The notes under the pieces were generated by a model. It was given only the letters and a program-made list of their open reading frames with translations, did not search any database and was not told where the DNA came from. The translations under genes were made by a program, and so were the position numbers. Positions 1 through 8,490 of a stretch of DNA of 13,003 nucleotides are shown here, piece after piece. The stretch is from Thermoproteus sp. GTDB taxonomy: Archaea; Thermoproteota; Thermoprotei; Thermoproteales; Thermoproteaceae. Each line of letters opens with the position of its first letter. Within the stretch, counting starts at the first letter, position 1. The DNA is taken from positions 1-13,003 of the forward strand of contig JBMFIG010000034.1 of NCBI GenBank assembly GCA_049976425.1, written 5' to 3'.

Positions 1-511
1 GGCGGGCGAATTCGGCAAGCTCTATTCGCCGGTTCTGCCAACTGTAGCGCTCCTCGCGCTCCTCCCAATACTCAAGATATTGGCGACGGCGGCTACCATC
101 GGATCCGGCGGAAGCGGCGGCCTGTTCGCGCCGGCGATCTTCATCGGCGCGTTCATTGGCGTGGACATGTGGCTCCTAATACACTACATGGCCCCATGTG
201 CATCGCTCCAGATAACGCCCTTCGTGGTCGTAGGGATCGCGGCTATGCTGGCGGCCGCGACAAAGACCCCGCTGTCGGCCATGGCCATGGCTGTGGAGAT
301 GATCGGCGGCGTCCAGCTACTCCCAGCTGTCATGATAGCAGTTGCCGTTTCATACGTCGTTTCCTGGAACTATGCAATATTCGACGCGCCGGCGGATAGC
401 GCCGGCGATGGAGGTCGACGGCCTCGGCCCGATAGCCCCGGCGCCGCGCTGGCGCAAGGCCCGGGGCCGGCTATGGGATCTTTAAGACGTGCGGCCCGTC
501 CTACGCTGTAA
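1..511 (+). CDS. ClC voltage-gated chloride channel / Cl-/H+ antiporter family protein, 5'-truncated by the window
   Basis: Frame 2 is open from position 2 (AGEFGKLYSPVLPTVALLALLPILKILATAATIGSGGSGGLFAPAIFIGA...). It has the ClC GxFxP motif (GGLFAP), the KTPLS...VEM helix (TPLSAMAMAVEM) and a C-terminal Tyr region (NYAIF). The last ~40 aa are low-complexity, with no CBS domains. Confidence 0.9.
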   Translation, partial: AGEFGKLYSPVLPTVALLALLPILKILATAATIGSGGSGGLFAPAIFIGAFIGVDMWLLIHYMAPCASLQITPFVVVGIAAMLAAATKTPLSAMAMAVEMIGGVQLLPAVMIAVAVSYVVSWNYAIFDAPADSAGDGGRRPRPDSPGAALAQGPGPAMGSLRRAARPTL

Positions 512-513
512 AG

Positions 514-521
514 CTTATATA
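514..521 (+). promoter_or_regulatory. Putative TATA box (CTTATATA) for the carB-argX transcript
   Basis: Best TATA-like element between the ClC stop and carB, preceded by AAAG (BRE-like). Implies a TSS near 543 and a ~75-nt leader. Confidence 0.5.
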
Positions 522-618
522 GGGATTTGGTTAGGGGGGTTAATGTCGGCGGGGCGAATATAGCTGCCTCTGGCTCTGCGGTAGCCTGTATAGTAGAGCG
601 TGTTCTCTCTGCGAGGCC

Positions 619-3600
619 ATGGACGTCAGGAAGATCCTAGTGGTGGGCTCAGGCGCTATAAAGATCGCGGAGGCCGCCGAGTTCGACTACTCCGGCTCTC
701 AAGCTCTCAAGGCCTTTAGGGAGGAGGGGATGGAAACGATCCTGGTAAACCCCAACGTCGCCACTATACAGACCTCGAAGGTCTTGGCGGATAGGGTCTA
801 CTTCCTCCCTATCAGGAGGGAGTTCCTAGAGCAGATCATAGAGCGCGAGAGGCCCGACGCGATAGCCTGCGGCTTCGGCGGCCAGACGGCCTTGTCCGCC
901 TGCGTGGAGCTACACGACGCTGGGGTTCTCTCCAAATACGGCGTGAGGGTGGTGGGCACGCCGGTGGAGGGCATAAGGAAGGCCCTGTCTAGGGAGCTGT
1001 TCCAGAAGGCCATGAGGGAGGCGGGCGTGCCCATCCCGCCGAGCCGCTCGGCGAGGAGCCCGGACGAGGCGTTGGCGGCGGCCGAGGAGCTGGGCTACCC
1101 CGTGATGGTGCGCGTGTCGTTCAACCTGGGAGGGGCGGGCGCCTTCAAGGCGAGGAGCAGGGCCGAGCTGGAGTCCCGCATCTATAAGGCCTTCGCGCAG
1201 TCGGCTATAGGCGAGGTCCTGGTCGAGAAGTACTTGGAGGGCTGGAAGGAGGTAGAGTTCGAGGTAGTGAGGGACTCCCATGACAACGTGGCGGCCATCG
1301 TCTGCATGGAGAACGTAGACCCCATGGGGTACCACACGGGCGACTCCATAGTGGTGGCGCCGTGTCAGACGCTCACCGACGACGAATACCAGACGGCGCG
1401 GGACATCTCCATAGCCGTCGAGAGGGCCATAGACCTAATCGGCGAGGGCAACGTCCAAGTCGCCGTGAACTACGCCGGGCCGGAGCAGTACGCCATAGAG
1501 ACCAACCCCCGCATGTCGCGCTCCAGCGCCTTGGCCTCGAAGGCCTCGGGCTATCCCCTCGCCTACATCGCCGCCAAGCTGGCGTTGGGCTACCGCCTCG
1601 ACGAGGTGATGAACCAGGTGACTAGGCGCACCGTGGCGGCCTTCGAGCCGTCTCTCGACTACATAGTGGTGAAGCACCCGCGTTGGGAGAACGACCGCTT
1701 CGGCGTAGACGAGGGGCTTGGGCCTGAGATGATGTCCATAGGGGAGGCCATGGGCATAGGCCGCAACCTCGAGGAGGCCTGGCAGAAGGCCGTGAGGATG
1801 ATAGACATAGGCGAGCCGGGCCTCGTCGGGGGGCCCCTCTTCAGATCCGCGACTCTGGATGAGGCCTTGAGCGCCCTCGAGCGCCACCTGCCGTATTGGC
1901 CCATCTACGCCGCGAAGGCCCTCTACCTAGGCGCGGCCGTGGACCAGATATACGAGCTCACCAAGGTGGACAGATTCTTCCTCAACGCCATAAAGAGAGT
2001 TGTCGACGTCTGGAAGGCCCTCGAATCCGGGCGCGCGTCTCCCGAGCTCCTCGAGGAGGCCAAGAGGCTGGGGTTCTCCGACGAACAGATAGCGTTGGCG
2101 TTGGGGGCCAGGCCGGAGGAGCTGGCCAAGAACAGGCGGAGGCCCGTCGTCAAGAAAATAGACACGCTGGCGGGCGAGTGGCCGGCCGACACAAACTATC
2201 TGTACCTCACCTACGGCGGGGAGTTCGACGAGCTCTCCCCGAAGGCGGACTACTTGGTGGTCGGCGCCGGCGTCTTCAGAATAGGCGTGTCGGTCGAGTT
2301 CGACTGGGCGACGGTCAACCTGGCCCTAGAGCTCAAGAGAAGGGGCTACCGCGTCGCCATACTCAACTACAACCCCGAGACCGTGTCGACCGACTGGGAC
2401 ATAGTAGACAAGCTGTATTTCGACGAGATATCGGCCGAGAGGATCCTCGACATATACGAGAAGGAGGGAGGGCCCGTCGTGGTGCTCTACGCAGGCGGGC
2501 AGATAGGGCAGAGGCTGTACCCCAAGCTGGAGGGCCTGGGGATCAGAATAGGCGGCACCCGCGCGTCGTCGATAGACCTCGCCGAGGACAGAAGCAAGTT
2601 CTCGCGCCTCCTCGACAAGCTGGGCATAAGACAGCCGCCTTGGTTCTACGCGAGGAGCATAGAGGAGGCGGAGAAACTCGCGGAGGATCTAGGCTATCCG
2701 GTACTGCTCAGGCCCAGCTACGTCCTGGGCGGGACCTACATGGCGGTTGCCAGAGACAGGCGGGAGCTGGCCGAATTTTTGACCAAGGCCGCCAAGGTCA
2801 GCGGCGAGTATCCCGTGGTGGTGTCCAAGTTCATGCCGACGGGCGTGGAGGCCGAGGTAGACGCGGTGTCCGACGGGAAGAGGGTCGTCGTCACGCCGAT
2901 AGAGCACGTGGAGCCGCCCGGCGTCCACTCGGGCGACTCCACCATGGTCATGCCGCCCCGCAGAGCGCCGGAGGCCGCCGTTAGGAAGATGGCGGAGATC
3001 GCCTATACGATAGCCAGAGAGCTCGACGTCAGAGGGCCCCTCAACGTGCAGTTCATAGTCGCCGACGACGTGTACGTCATAGAGGCGAACCTAAGGGCGA
3101 GCCGCTCCATGCCGTTTGTGAGCAAGGCGACCGGCGTCAACTACATGTCGCTCACAGCGGACGTCTTGACCAGGGAGAGGTTGCCCTACGACGACGAGAT
3201 GACGGTGTTGAGGCCCTCCAAGTGGTGGGTCAAGACGGCCCAGTTCTCCTGGAGCAGGGTGAGGGGGGCGTACCCGAGGTTGGGCCCCGTCATGTACAGC
3301 ACTGGCGAGGTCGCCTCGTTCGGCGACGTCTTCGAGGAGGCGCTCCTCAAGAGCTGGTTGTCAGCCCCGCCCAACAAGATCCCGTCGAGGAACGCGTTGG
3401 TGTACACGTTCGACGAGTCCTACGCGAAGGAGATAGAGGAGATAAAGAGGCGCCTCTTCTGGCTGGATATACTGGAGCCGTCGCCCGAGATCGTCGAGGC
3501 CATTAAGTGGAAGAAAGTCGACATAGTGATCACGGCAGGCGTCACGCCGGATAGGGACTACGCCATAAGGCGCGTGGCCGCCGATACGTCGACCCCCCTC

Positions 3601-3687
3601 GTGTTGCACCCCTCGCTGGGGCTGGAGCTGGCCGCCGCGTTCGACTGGTTGAGGAAGGGCGGGAGGCTCGGAGTAGAGCCGTGGTGA
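619..3687 (+). CDS. carB: Carbamoyl-phosphate synthase large subunit
   Basis: KILVVGSGAIKIAEAAEFDYSGSQA, NPNVATIQT, MENVDPMGYHTGDSIVVAP, ETNPRMSRSSALASKASGYPLA. Second ATP-grasp repeat GVFRIGVSVEFDW...NPETVSTDWD...RPSYVLGG...HVEPPGVHSGDS. GAGG lies just upstream of the ATG. Confidence 0.99.
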   Translation: MDVRKILVVGSGAIKIAEAAEFDYSGSQALKAFREEGMETILVNPNVATIQTSKVLADRVYFLPIRREFLEQIIERERPDAIACGFGGQTALSACVELHDAGVLSKYGVRVVGTPVEGIRKALSRELFQKAMREAGVPIPPSRSARSPDEALAAAEELGYPVMVRVSFNLGGAGAFKARSRAELESRIYKAFAQSAIGEVLVEKYLEGWKEVEFEVVRDSHDNVAAIVCMENVDPMGYHTGDSIVVAPCQTLTDDEYQTARDISIAVERAIDLIGEGNVQVAVNYAGPEQYAIETNPRMSRSSALASKASGYPLAYIAAKLALGYRLDEVMNQVTRRTVAAFEPSLDYIVVKHPRWENDRFGVDEGLGPEMMSIGEAMGIGRNLEEAWQKAVRMIDIGEPGLVGGPLFRSATLDEALSALERHLPYWPIYAAKALYLGAAVDQIYELTKVDRFFLNAIKRVVDVWKALESGRASPELLEEAKRLGFSDEQIALALGARPEELAKNRRRPVVKKIDTLAGEWPADTNYLYLTYGGEFDELSPKADYLVVGAGVFRIGVSVEFDWATVNLALELKRRGYRVAILNYNPETVSTDWDIVDKLYFDEISAERILDIYEKEGGPVVVLYAGGQIGQRLYPKLEGLGIRIGGTRASSIDLAEDRSKFSRLLDKLGIRQPPWFYARSIEEAEKLAEDLGYPVLLRPSYVLGGTYMAVARDRRELAEFLTKAAKVSGEYPVVVSKFMPTGVEAEVDAVSDGKRVVVTPIEHVEPPGVHSGDSTMVMPPRRAPEAAVRKMAEIAYTIARELDVRGPLNVQFIVADDVYVIEANLRASRSMPFVSKATGVNYMSLTADVLTRERLPYDDEMTVLRPSKWWVKTAQFSWSRVRGAYPRLGPVMYSTGEVASFGDVFEEALLKSWLSAPPNKIPSRNALVYTFDESYAKEIEEIKRRLFWLDILEPSPEIVEAIKWKKVDIVITAGVTPDRDYAIRRVAADTSTPLVLHPSLGLELAAAFDWLRKGGRLGVEPW

Positions 3688-4472
3688 GGCTCTTAGTCGA
3701 CTTGGTCAAGGAGGAGGAGCGCATGATAGTGAAGGCGGCCGAGAGGCTCGGCGTAGGCCTCGAGCTGGTGAGGGTAGACGGGCTTAACCTCTCTGAGGAC
3801 GTCGATCCCGGCGTCTATCTAATAAGGACGCTCAGCCACAACAAGGCCATCATAGCGGCCGCGCACGTCGAGGCCTCGGGAGCCGTGGCCGTCAACGGCT
3901 GGAGGGCCCTCGCGGCGGGGTGGAACAAGGCCGTGGCCCTGGCCCTACTACGCGCCTCGGGTCTGCCAATACCGAGGACTCGGCTGGCCCCGGCGGCTCC
4001 CGAGGCGTCCGAGCTCATAGTCAAGCCCGCCTTCGGTAGCTGGGGGAGGAAAGTCGCCTTGGCGAGATCTCGGGAGGACGTCGAGGCGTTGCTCAAGGGC
4101 GCGGAGCCCGACGAGGTGTACCTCGTGCAGGAGCGGGTAGGCGACGGGACGGATATAAGGGCCTTCGTGATAGGCTATAGGGTAGCCGCCGCCATGGTGA
4201 GGCGGCCGCCGCCCGGCGACTGGCGTAGCAACGCCGCCAGAGGCGGACGCGTCGAGGGCATCAAGCCATCGCCAGACGTTGAGGAGCTTGCCGTCAAGGC
4301 CGCGAAGGCCCTCAACGCTGATTACGCCGGCGTCGACATACTGATAGGCCCCGACGGCTATTTCGTCGGAGAGGTCAACGTAGTGCCCGAGTTTAAGGCC
4401 GTTTCCAGGGCCAGCGGGGTGGACGTGGCGGCGGAGCTCCTGGCCTACGTAGCCTCGCTGGAGAGGAGATAA
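3681..4472 (+). CDS. argX: RimK/LysX/ArgX-family ATP-grasp ligase (probably LysW-glutamate ligase ArgX, given coupling to carB)
   Basis: Motifs IRTLSHNKA, NKAVALALL...GLPIPRT, IVKPAFGSWGRKV, YLVQE, DIRAFVIG, DWRSNAARGG, GVDIL, EVNVVPEFK. Its start (GTG 3681 or 3684) overlaps the carB TGA. ArgX versus LysX is inferred from context only. Confidence 0.8.
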   Translation: MVRLLVDLVKEEERMIVKAAERLGVGLELVRVDGLNLSEDVDPGVYLIRTLSHNKAIIAAAHVEASGAVAVNGWRALAAGWNKAVALALLRASGLPIPRTRLAPAAPEASELIVKPAFGSWGRKVALARSREDVEALLKGAEPDEVYLVQERVGDGTDIRAFVIGYRVAAAMVRRPPPGDWRSNAARGGRVEGIKPSPDVEELAVKAAKALNADYAGVDILIGPDGYFVGEVNVVPEFKAVSRASGVDVAAELLAYVASLERR

Positions 4473-4533
4473 GACCGCCCTATTGCCGGAAAGCCCTAGA
4501 CCCGCGCGCTATGCCGCGCAACGGCTCCACGAG

Positions 4534-5664
4534 CTATAGAAGTATAAGCGGGATGTAGAGCTCGTCTTCGGTAAGCCCTCCGTGGTGTCCCTTAAATTTC
4601 AACGGATCCTCGTTCTTCTGCTTGTAGAGGTAGATGGCGGAGAGGCCGCGTCCCGGCAACGCTATGTAGTCGCCGATCCTCTCCGCGAACTTCCCCTCAC
4701 AGCTTCCGAAGAGGCCCGCCTTAAGGGCCTCCTCTCTGGACATCAACGAGAACTCGCCGTGTCTCGCCAGGAGCTCAGCGAGGCGTCGGGGCTCTACGGA
4801 GGGCTTGAGATACAGCGCTCTGGGATCGCCGTACGGCGGCATGCTGAGCGCGTCCAACAACTCCACGTCCTTGGACAAGTTCTCGTTGCGGGCGATCTCC
4901 TCGTGGCCGTGATCCGCCGTGACTATGACGTCGGCGCCAGCCATATACTGTCTCGCCAGCTTCGTCACGGAGTCTAGGACTCCCCTCGCGGCCGCAAGGG
5001 CCTCGTCGGAGCGCGGCCCGTATCTGTGGGCGACGCTGTCCACTGTGGATATATAGACATAGGCGTAGGCCGCGTCGTTCTGCTGAAGGAAGCGGCCTGC
5101 GTTTATCAACGCGTCGTAGTGCGATATGTATTCGAAGGTCTCGGCGCCGTCGTAGAGTATTCTGCTAATACCCCCGCCCAGCCCCTTCGGGAGGAACACC
5201 CTCGACCTCACGCCGACCTTGGCCAAATCGGCGAATACCGTCGGCGCGTTGAAGAGCGCCTTGAGCTCGTAGCCGGCGTTGCTCAGCCCATCCCTCTCGC
5301 CTAACATGGCGCTCATATTCAGCGAGTCTATCACGGCGCCGGCCTCCTTGAGGTAGAAGCTCCAAGCCACGACTCCGTGTTGGCACGGCGCCAGCCCCGT
5401 CGATAGGGACGTCAAAGCCGCCGATGTTGTCGTGGGGAAGACCGAGGTCGCCCTATAGAGCCCCCTAAATATCCCGGAGTACTCCCCGGCTATCTTGGCG
5501 AATGTATTAAAGCCGAGGCCGTCTAACAAGATCAGCGCAATCCGCCTCGACGAGAGGCCTAGGCCGAACCTTATCTGTGGACCTCTAGGAGGCAGGCCGA
5601 AGTGCGCCAGCAAAGTGTTCGGCACGGCGGCTATCCCGCCGCCGTTGTAGTCCGGCACCTCCAT
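4534..5664 (-). CDS. Alkaline phosphatase superfamily, type I phosphodiesterase/nucleotide pyrophosphatase
   Basis: LILLDGLG (metal Asp), SVFPTTTSAALTSLSTG (Thr nucleophile), DSVAHRYGP, TADHGH and GHHGGL. No signal peptide. Confidence 0.93.
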   Translation of the reverse strand: MEVPDYNGGGIAAVPNTLLAHFGLPPRGPQIRFGLGLSSRRIALILLDGLGFNTFAKIAGEYSGIFRGLYRATSVFPTTTSAALTSLSTGLAPCQHGVVAWSFYLKEAGAVIDSLNMSAMLGERDGLSNAGYELKALFNAPTVFADLAKVGVRSRVFLPKGLGGGISRILYDGAETFEYISHYDALINAGRFLQQNDAAYAYVYISTVDSVAHRYGPRSDEALAAARGVLDSVTKLARQYMAGADVIVTADHGHEEIARNENLSKDVELLDALSMPPYGDPRALYLKPSVEPRRLAELLARHGEFSLMSREEALKAGLFGSCEGKFAERIGDYIALPGRGLSAIYLYKQKNEDPLKFKGHHGGLTEDELYIPLILL

Positions 5665-5683
5665 ACACGACGTCGTCCATGAA

Positions 5684-5692
5684 TATTAAAAA
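5684..5692 (-). promoter_or_regulatory. TATA box (TTTTTAATA on minus strand) for the phosphodiesterase gene
   Basis: Lies 20-28 nt upstream of ATG 5664, consistent with a leaderless archaeal transcript. Confidence 0.65.
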
Positions 5693-5708
5693 GATGGCTC
5701 TGGCCGGG

Positions 5709-5965
5709 CTAGGGCCCAGCGTGCGGGCGGCCAGTTGTCTGAAAAAGTTTCCTATAGATCCACAGTAGCAAATATGAGGATCGACAACAACGCGATCGAG
5801 GCGAGCCCGAACACAGCCCGTAGGAATCCCCAAAGGCTCCCAATACCCCCAAGGCATCCAAAAGACCTCCGCCAGCCTCTCCCACCACATACAAGGATAT
5901 TGCGCGTGTACGTCCGCGATCATGAGCGCGGCCACGGCCAGGAACAACACAATCCTCCGCCTCAT
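5709..5965 (-). pseudogene. Small exported/membrane protein gene with two apparent +1 frameshifts
   Basis: From ATG 5965: signal peptide MRRRIVLFLAVAALMIADVHA-QYPCMWWERLAEVFWMPWGYWEP. A shift at ~5832-5834 gives WGFLRAVFGLASIALLSILIFA (TM helix). A shift at ~5762-5769 gives LWIYRKLFQTTGRPHAGP* (TAG 5709-5711). Removing two bases restores an 84-aa ORF. Confidence 0.6.
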
Positions 5966-6036
5966 GTAATGGGTTCTGTATAAATGTCCACAGACGGCCG
6001 GCGTGCCGCGCAAGCCTATCGCGCTTTTATGCGGAA

Positions 6037-8472
6037 TTGTTAAAAACATCCCTACATAAGAAACTCAGATTAGCCGTAGCGGTTTTGTTGTTGTTGGCGC
6101 TGGCCTCGTATGGCCTAGCCGAGGTGAACGGCTCCTCCAAGGCCCATACGATCCACACGAGGCTGTACGTGGTCTTCCTCTGGCACATGCACCAGCCGCC
6201 CTACGTATTGCCGAACGGCATGGTGTTGGCGCCTTGGCCGCGGCTCTGGGTCACCAGGGGCTATTACCCCATGGTCGCATTGGCTCCGGCCGAACACGCC
6301 CACGCCACCTTCGACTCCACGCCTACACTACTCGAACAGATAGAGATGGTGGCCCAGGGGAAGTACGACGACCCCTACCTCCAAGCCTCTGAGGCCAACC
6401 CGTGCTCCCTATCAGAAGCCCAGAAGCTCTTCATACTGGAGCGCTTCTTCGATGTAGCGCCTATACAGATAGAGCGGTACCCCAGGTACTACTGCATATA
6501 TCAAGAGGTGAAGCAGAACGGCATTCAGTGGGCCCTCCAGAACTTCACGCCGCAGGACTACCTAGATCTCCAGACTCTCTTTAACCTAGCTTGGTACAAC
6601 GTCTATATCCTGGAGCGCGATCCCCAGCTAAGGCCCATATATCTCTACGCGCTGGCCAGCAACTGCACGACGCACTTCACTATACAGCAACGGGATCTCC
6701 TGCTGGCGGGGTTCCAGAGATATGCGGAGAGGCTCCTCCAGCTGATAGAGGAGAGGGGTGGCGGGTCGGGCTCGATAGAGTTCGTGACGACCCCCATGTA
6801 CTACCCAATAATGCCTCTAGTGGCGAACCTGACGTCGGCTCTGCAGAGCAATCCGTATCTGATAGTGCCGCCCACGGGCTTCAGCTACCCGCAGGACGTG
6901 TACCGGCAGTTGCTGGAGGCGAGGGCCTTCTACAACCAGACGTTTGGGTTCGTGCCCAGAGGGCTCTGGCCGCCCGAGATGGCCGTGTCCCAAGAGGCCC
7001 TGGAGCTGGTCGCGGAGGCCGGCTTCAACTACACCTACATATCGGGCGACACCCTGGCCTTGACGTTGGGCCGTCCGCCCGGCGTGCTCAACTACGCCTT
7101 GTGGTATATGCCTACCGAATACGGCCGCCTCTACGTGCTCGCCAGGGACGACCAGATATCGAACTACATAGGGTTCGGCGCCAGCGGCGACGTGAACAGC
7201 CGCGGCCCCCTCTACGCCGCCAATAAGACCTATTGGATGATCAAATCGGTGGAGTACCAGCTGGAGCAGGCAGGCGTGAAGAGGGGCGTGGTCTTGATAG
7301 CGCTCGACGGCGAGAACCCGTTCCAGTACTTCAAGGACGACGGCGTCCAGTACCTCACGTACCTCTACGGGCTCATAAAGAGCGATAGGACCATGAAGAT
7401 GGCCACCACCCTGGAGGCGGTGGAGGCGCTTAAGTCCAAGGCGTTGCCGCTCAAGAGGCCCGTGGTCGCCTCTACCTGGGCCGGCGACTTCTCCACCTGG
7501 GTCGGCAATTGGGAACAGAACTTGGCGTGGACTATTCTGTACAACGTGAGGCAGGACGTGGCCAACTGGACCTGCATGTACGAGGCGGAGGCGGGCGACT
7601 GGTTCTTCTGGTACAGCGGTTATTTCGCCTCGGCGACGCCGTATATATTCGACGACCTCTTCAGAGCCTTCGCGCGTTGTGCGGCGGCGCGCTATAACTA
7701 TACGTGGCCTCTCAACGAGCCCATATACTTCTCGAGCAACGCGCAGATAGGCTGGGCCGGCTCGCCCTTCGAGCGCATAGTGACGGTGGAGGGGCCGTAC
7801 ACCTTCAGCGTACAAGTCTGGTCGCCTAACTACTCGCCTCCCAACCCCACCGACGCGCGGCTGATAAGGGCAGTATTGCACTTCGGCCCCGTCAACTACT
7901 TCGGAGGGCCGTGGACGTATCTATACTTCGTCCCCATGAACTTCAGCGGGACCTACGGCAACAACTATGTCTATACGGCGACGGTGGATCTCAAGCCGGG
8001 CAACTATGAATTCATCTATATAGTACAGGGCTCCAACACCTACTACGCCCACGCCGCATCGACGGCCGACGGCAACTACTGGATAACCGTCCTGCCGACG
8101 CCGAGCGGCACCGTGCAGAGCGCCTACGTGTACCAGGTCAGGGTGTATGGAGAAGGCGGCTACACGTCCTACAGCCCGGCGTCCGCGCCCGGTTGCGTCT
8201 ACGCCCCCGCGGGCTCCACCGTGGGCATAGTGGTGGCCGTCCAGTCCAGCGGGACGGTCTACCCCGTGTTGCACTACGGCTACGGCAACTGGTGGTGGCC
8301 AGTCGACGACGTATTGGCCGAGCCGGTGGGCACATACGGCGGATATACCCTGTACGAGGCCAACATAACTCTGCCGAGCTCCGGCGTGCAGTACGTCTTC
8401 GAGATATTCCAGTCTGGCGGCGTCTACTGGGTCAACGTAAACGGAGCCAACGGGCAGATCTGCGCGTCTTGA
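6037..8472 (+). CDS. Secreted glycoside hydrolase family 57 (amylopullulanase/alpha-amylase-like) with two C-terminal carbohydrate-binding-like modules
   Basis: Signal peptide KKLRLAVAVLLLLALASYGLA. GH57 conserved regions WHMHQP, TPTLLEQI, EFVTTPMYYPIMPL, GLWPPEMAVS (nucleophile Glu), ALDGENP (acid/base Asp) and EAEAGDWFFW. The exact start (TTG 6037) is uncertain. Confidence 0.93.
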   Translation: MLKTSLHKKLRLAVAVLLLLALASYGLAEVNGSSKAHTIHTRLYVVFLWHMHQPPYVLPNGMVLAPWPRLWVTRGYYPMVALAPAEHAHATFDSTPTLLEQIEMVAQGKYDDPYLQASEANPCSLSEAQKLFILERFFDVAPIQIERYPRYYCIYQEVKQNGIQWALQNFTPQDYLDLQTLFNLAWYNVYILERDPQLRPIYLYALASNCTTHFTIQQRDLLLAGFQRYAERLLQLIEERGGGSGSIEFVTTPMYYPIMPLVANLTSALQSNPYLIVPPTGFSYPQDVYRQLLEARAFYNQTFGFVPRGLWPPEMAVSQEALELVAEAGFNYTYISGDTLALTLGRPPGVLNYALWYMPTEYGRLYVLARDDQISNYIGFGASGDVNSRGPLYAANKTYWMIKSVEYQLEQAGVKRGVVLIALDGENPFQYFKDDGVQYLTYLYGLIKSDRTMKMATTLEAVEALKSKALPLKRPVVASTWAGDFSTWVGNWEQNLAWTILYNVRQDVANWTCMYEAEAGDWFFWYSGYFASATPYIFDDLFRAFARCAAARYNYTWPLNEPIYFSSNAQIGWAGSPFERIVTVEGPYTFSVQVWSPNYSPPNPTDARLIRAVLHFGPVNYFGGPWTYLYFVPMNFSGTYGNNYVYTATVDLKPGNYEFIYIVQGSNTYYAHAASTADGNYWITVLPTPSGTVQSAYVYQVRVYGEGGYTSYSPASAPGCVYAPAGSTVGIVVAVQSSGTVYPVLHYGYGNWWWPVDDVLAEPVGTYGGYTLYEANITLPSSGVQYVFEIFQSGGVYWVNVNGANGQICAS

Positions 8473-8490
8473 AAAGGCCTTTTTCCCTGC

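Noticed and set aside
1896-2984. 362-aa alternative-frame ORF within carB, plus many other nested or antisense ORFs (e.g. 6817-7881 -, 11423-12244 +, 10919-11530 -)
   Set aside because: R/G/P-rich or antisense shadows of well-supported genes, expected in high-GC coding DNA; no recognisable motifs.
5585-6049. 154-aa minus-strand ORF as listed
   Set aside because: It overlaps the phosphodiesterase promoter and start and the GH57 start. Only the part from ATG 5965 to ~5835 looks real, and it is better explained by the frameshifted gene.
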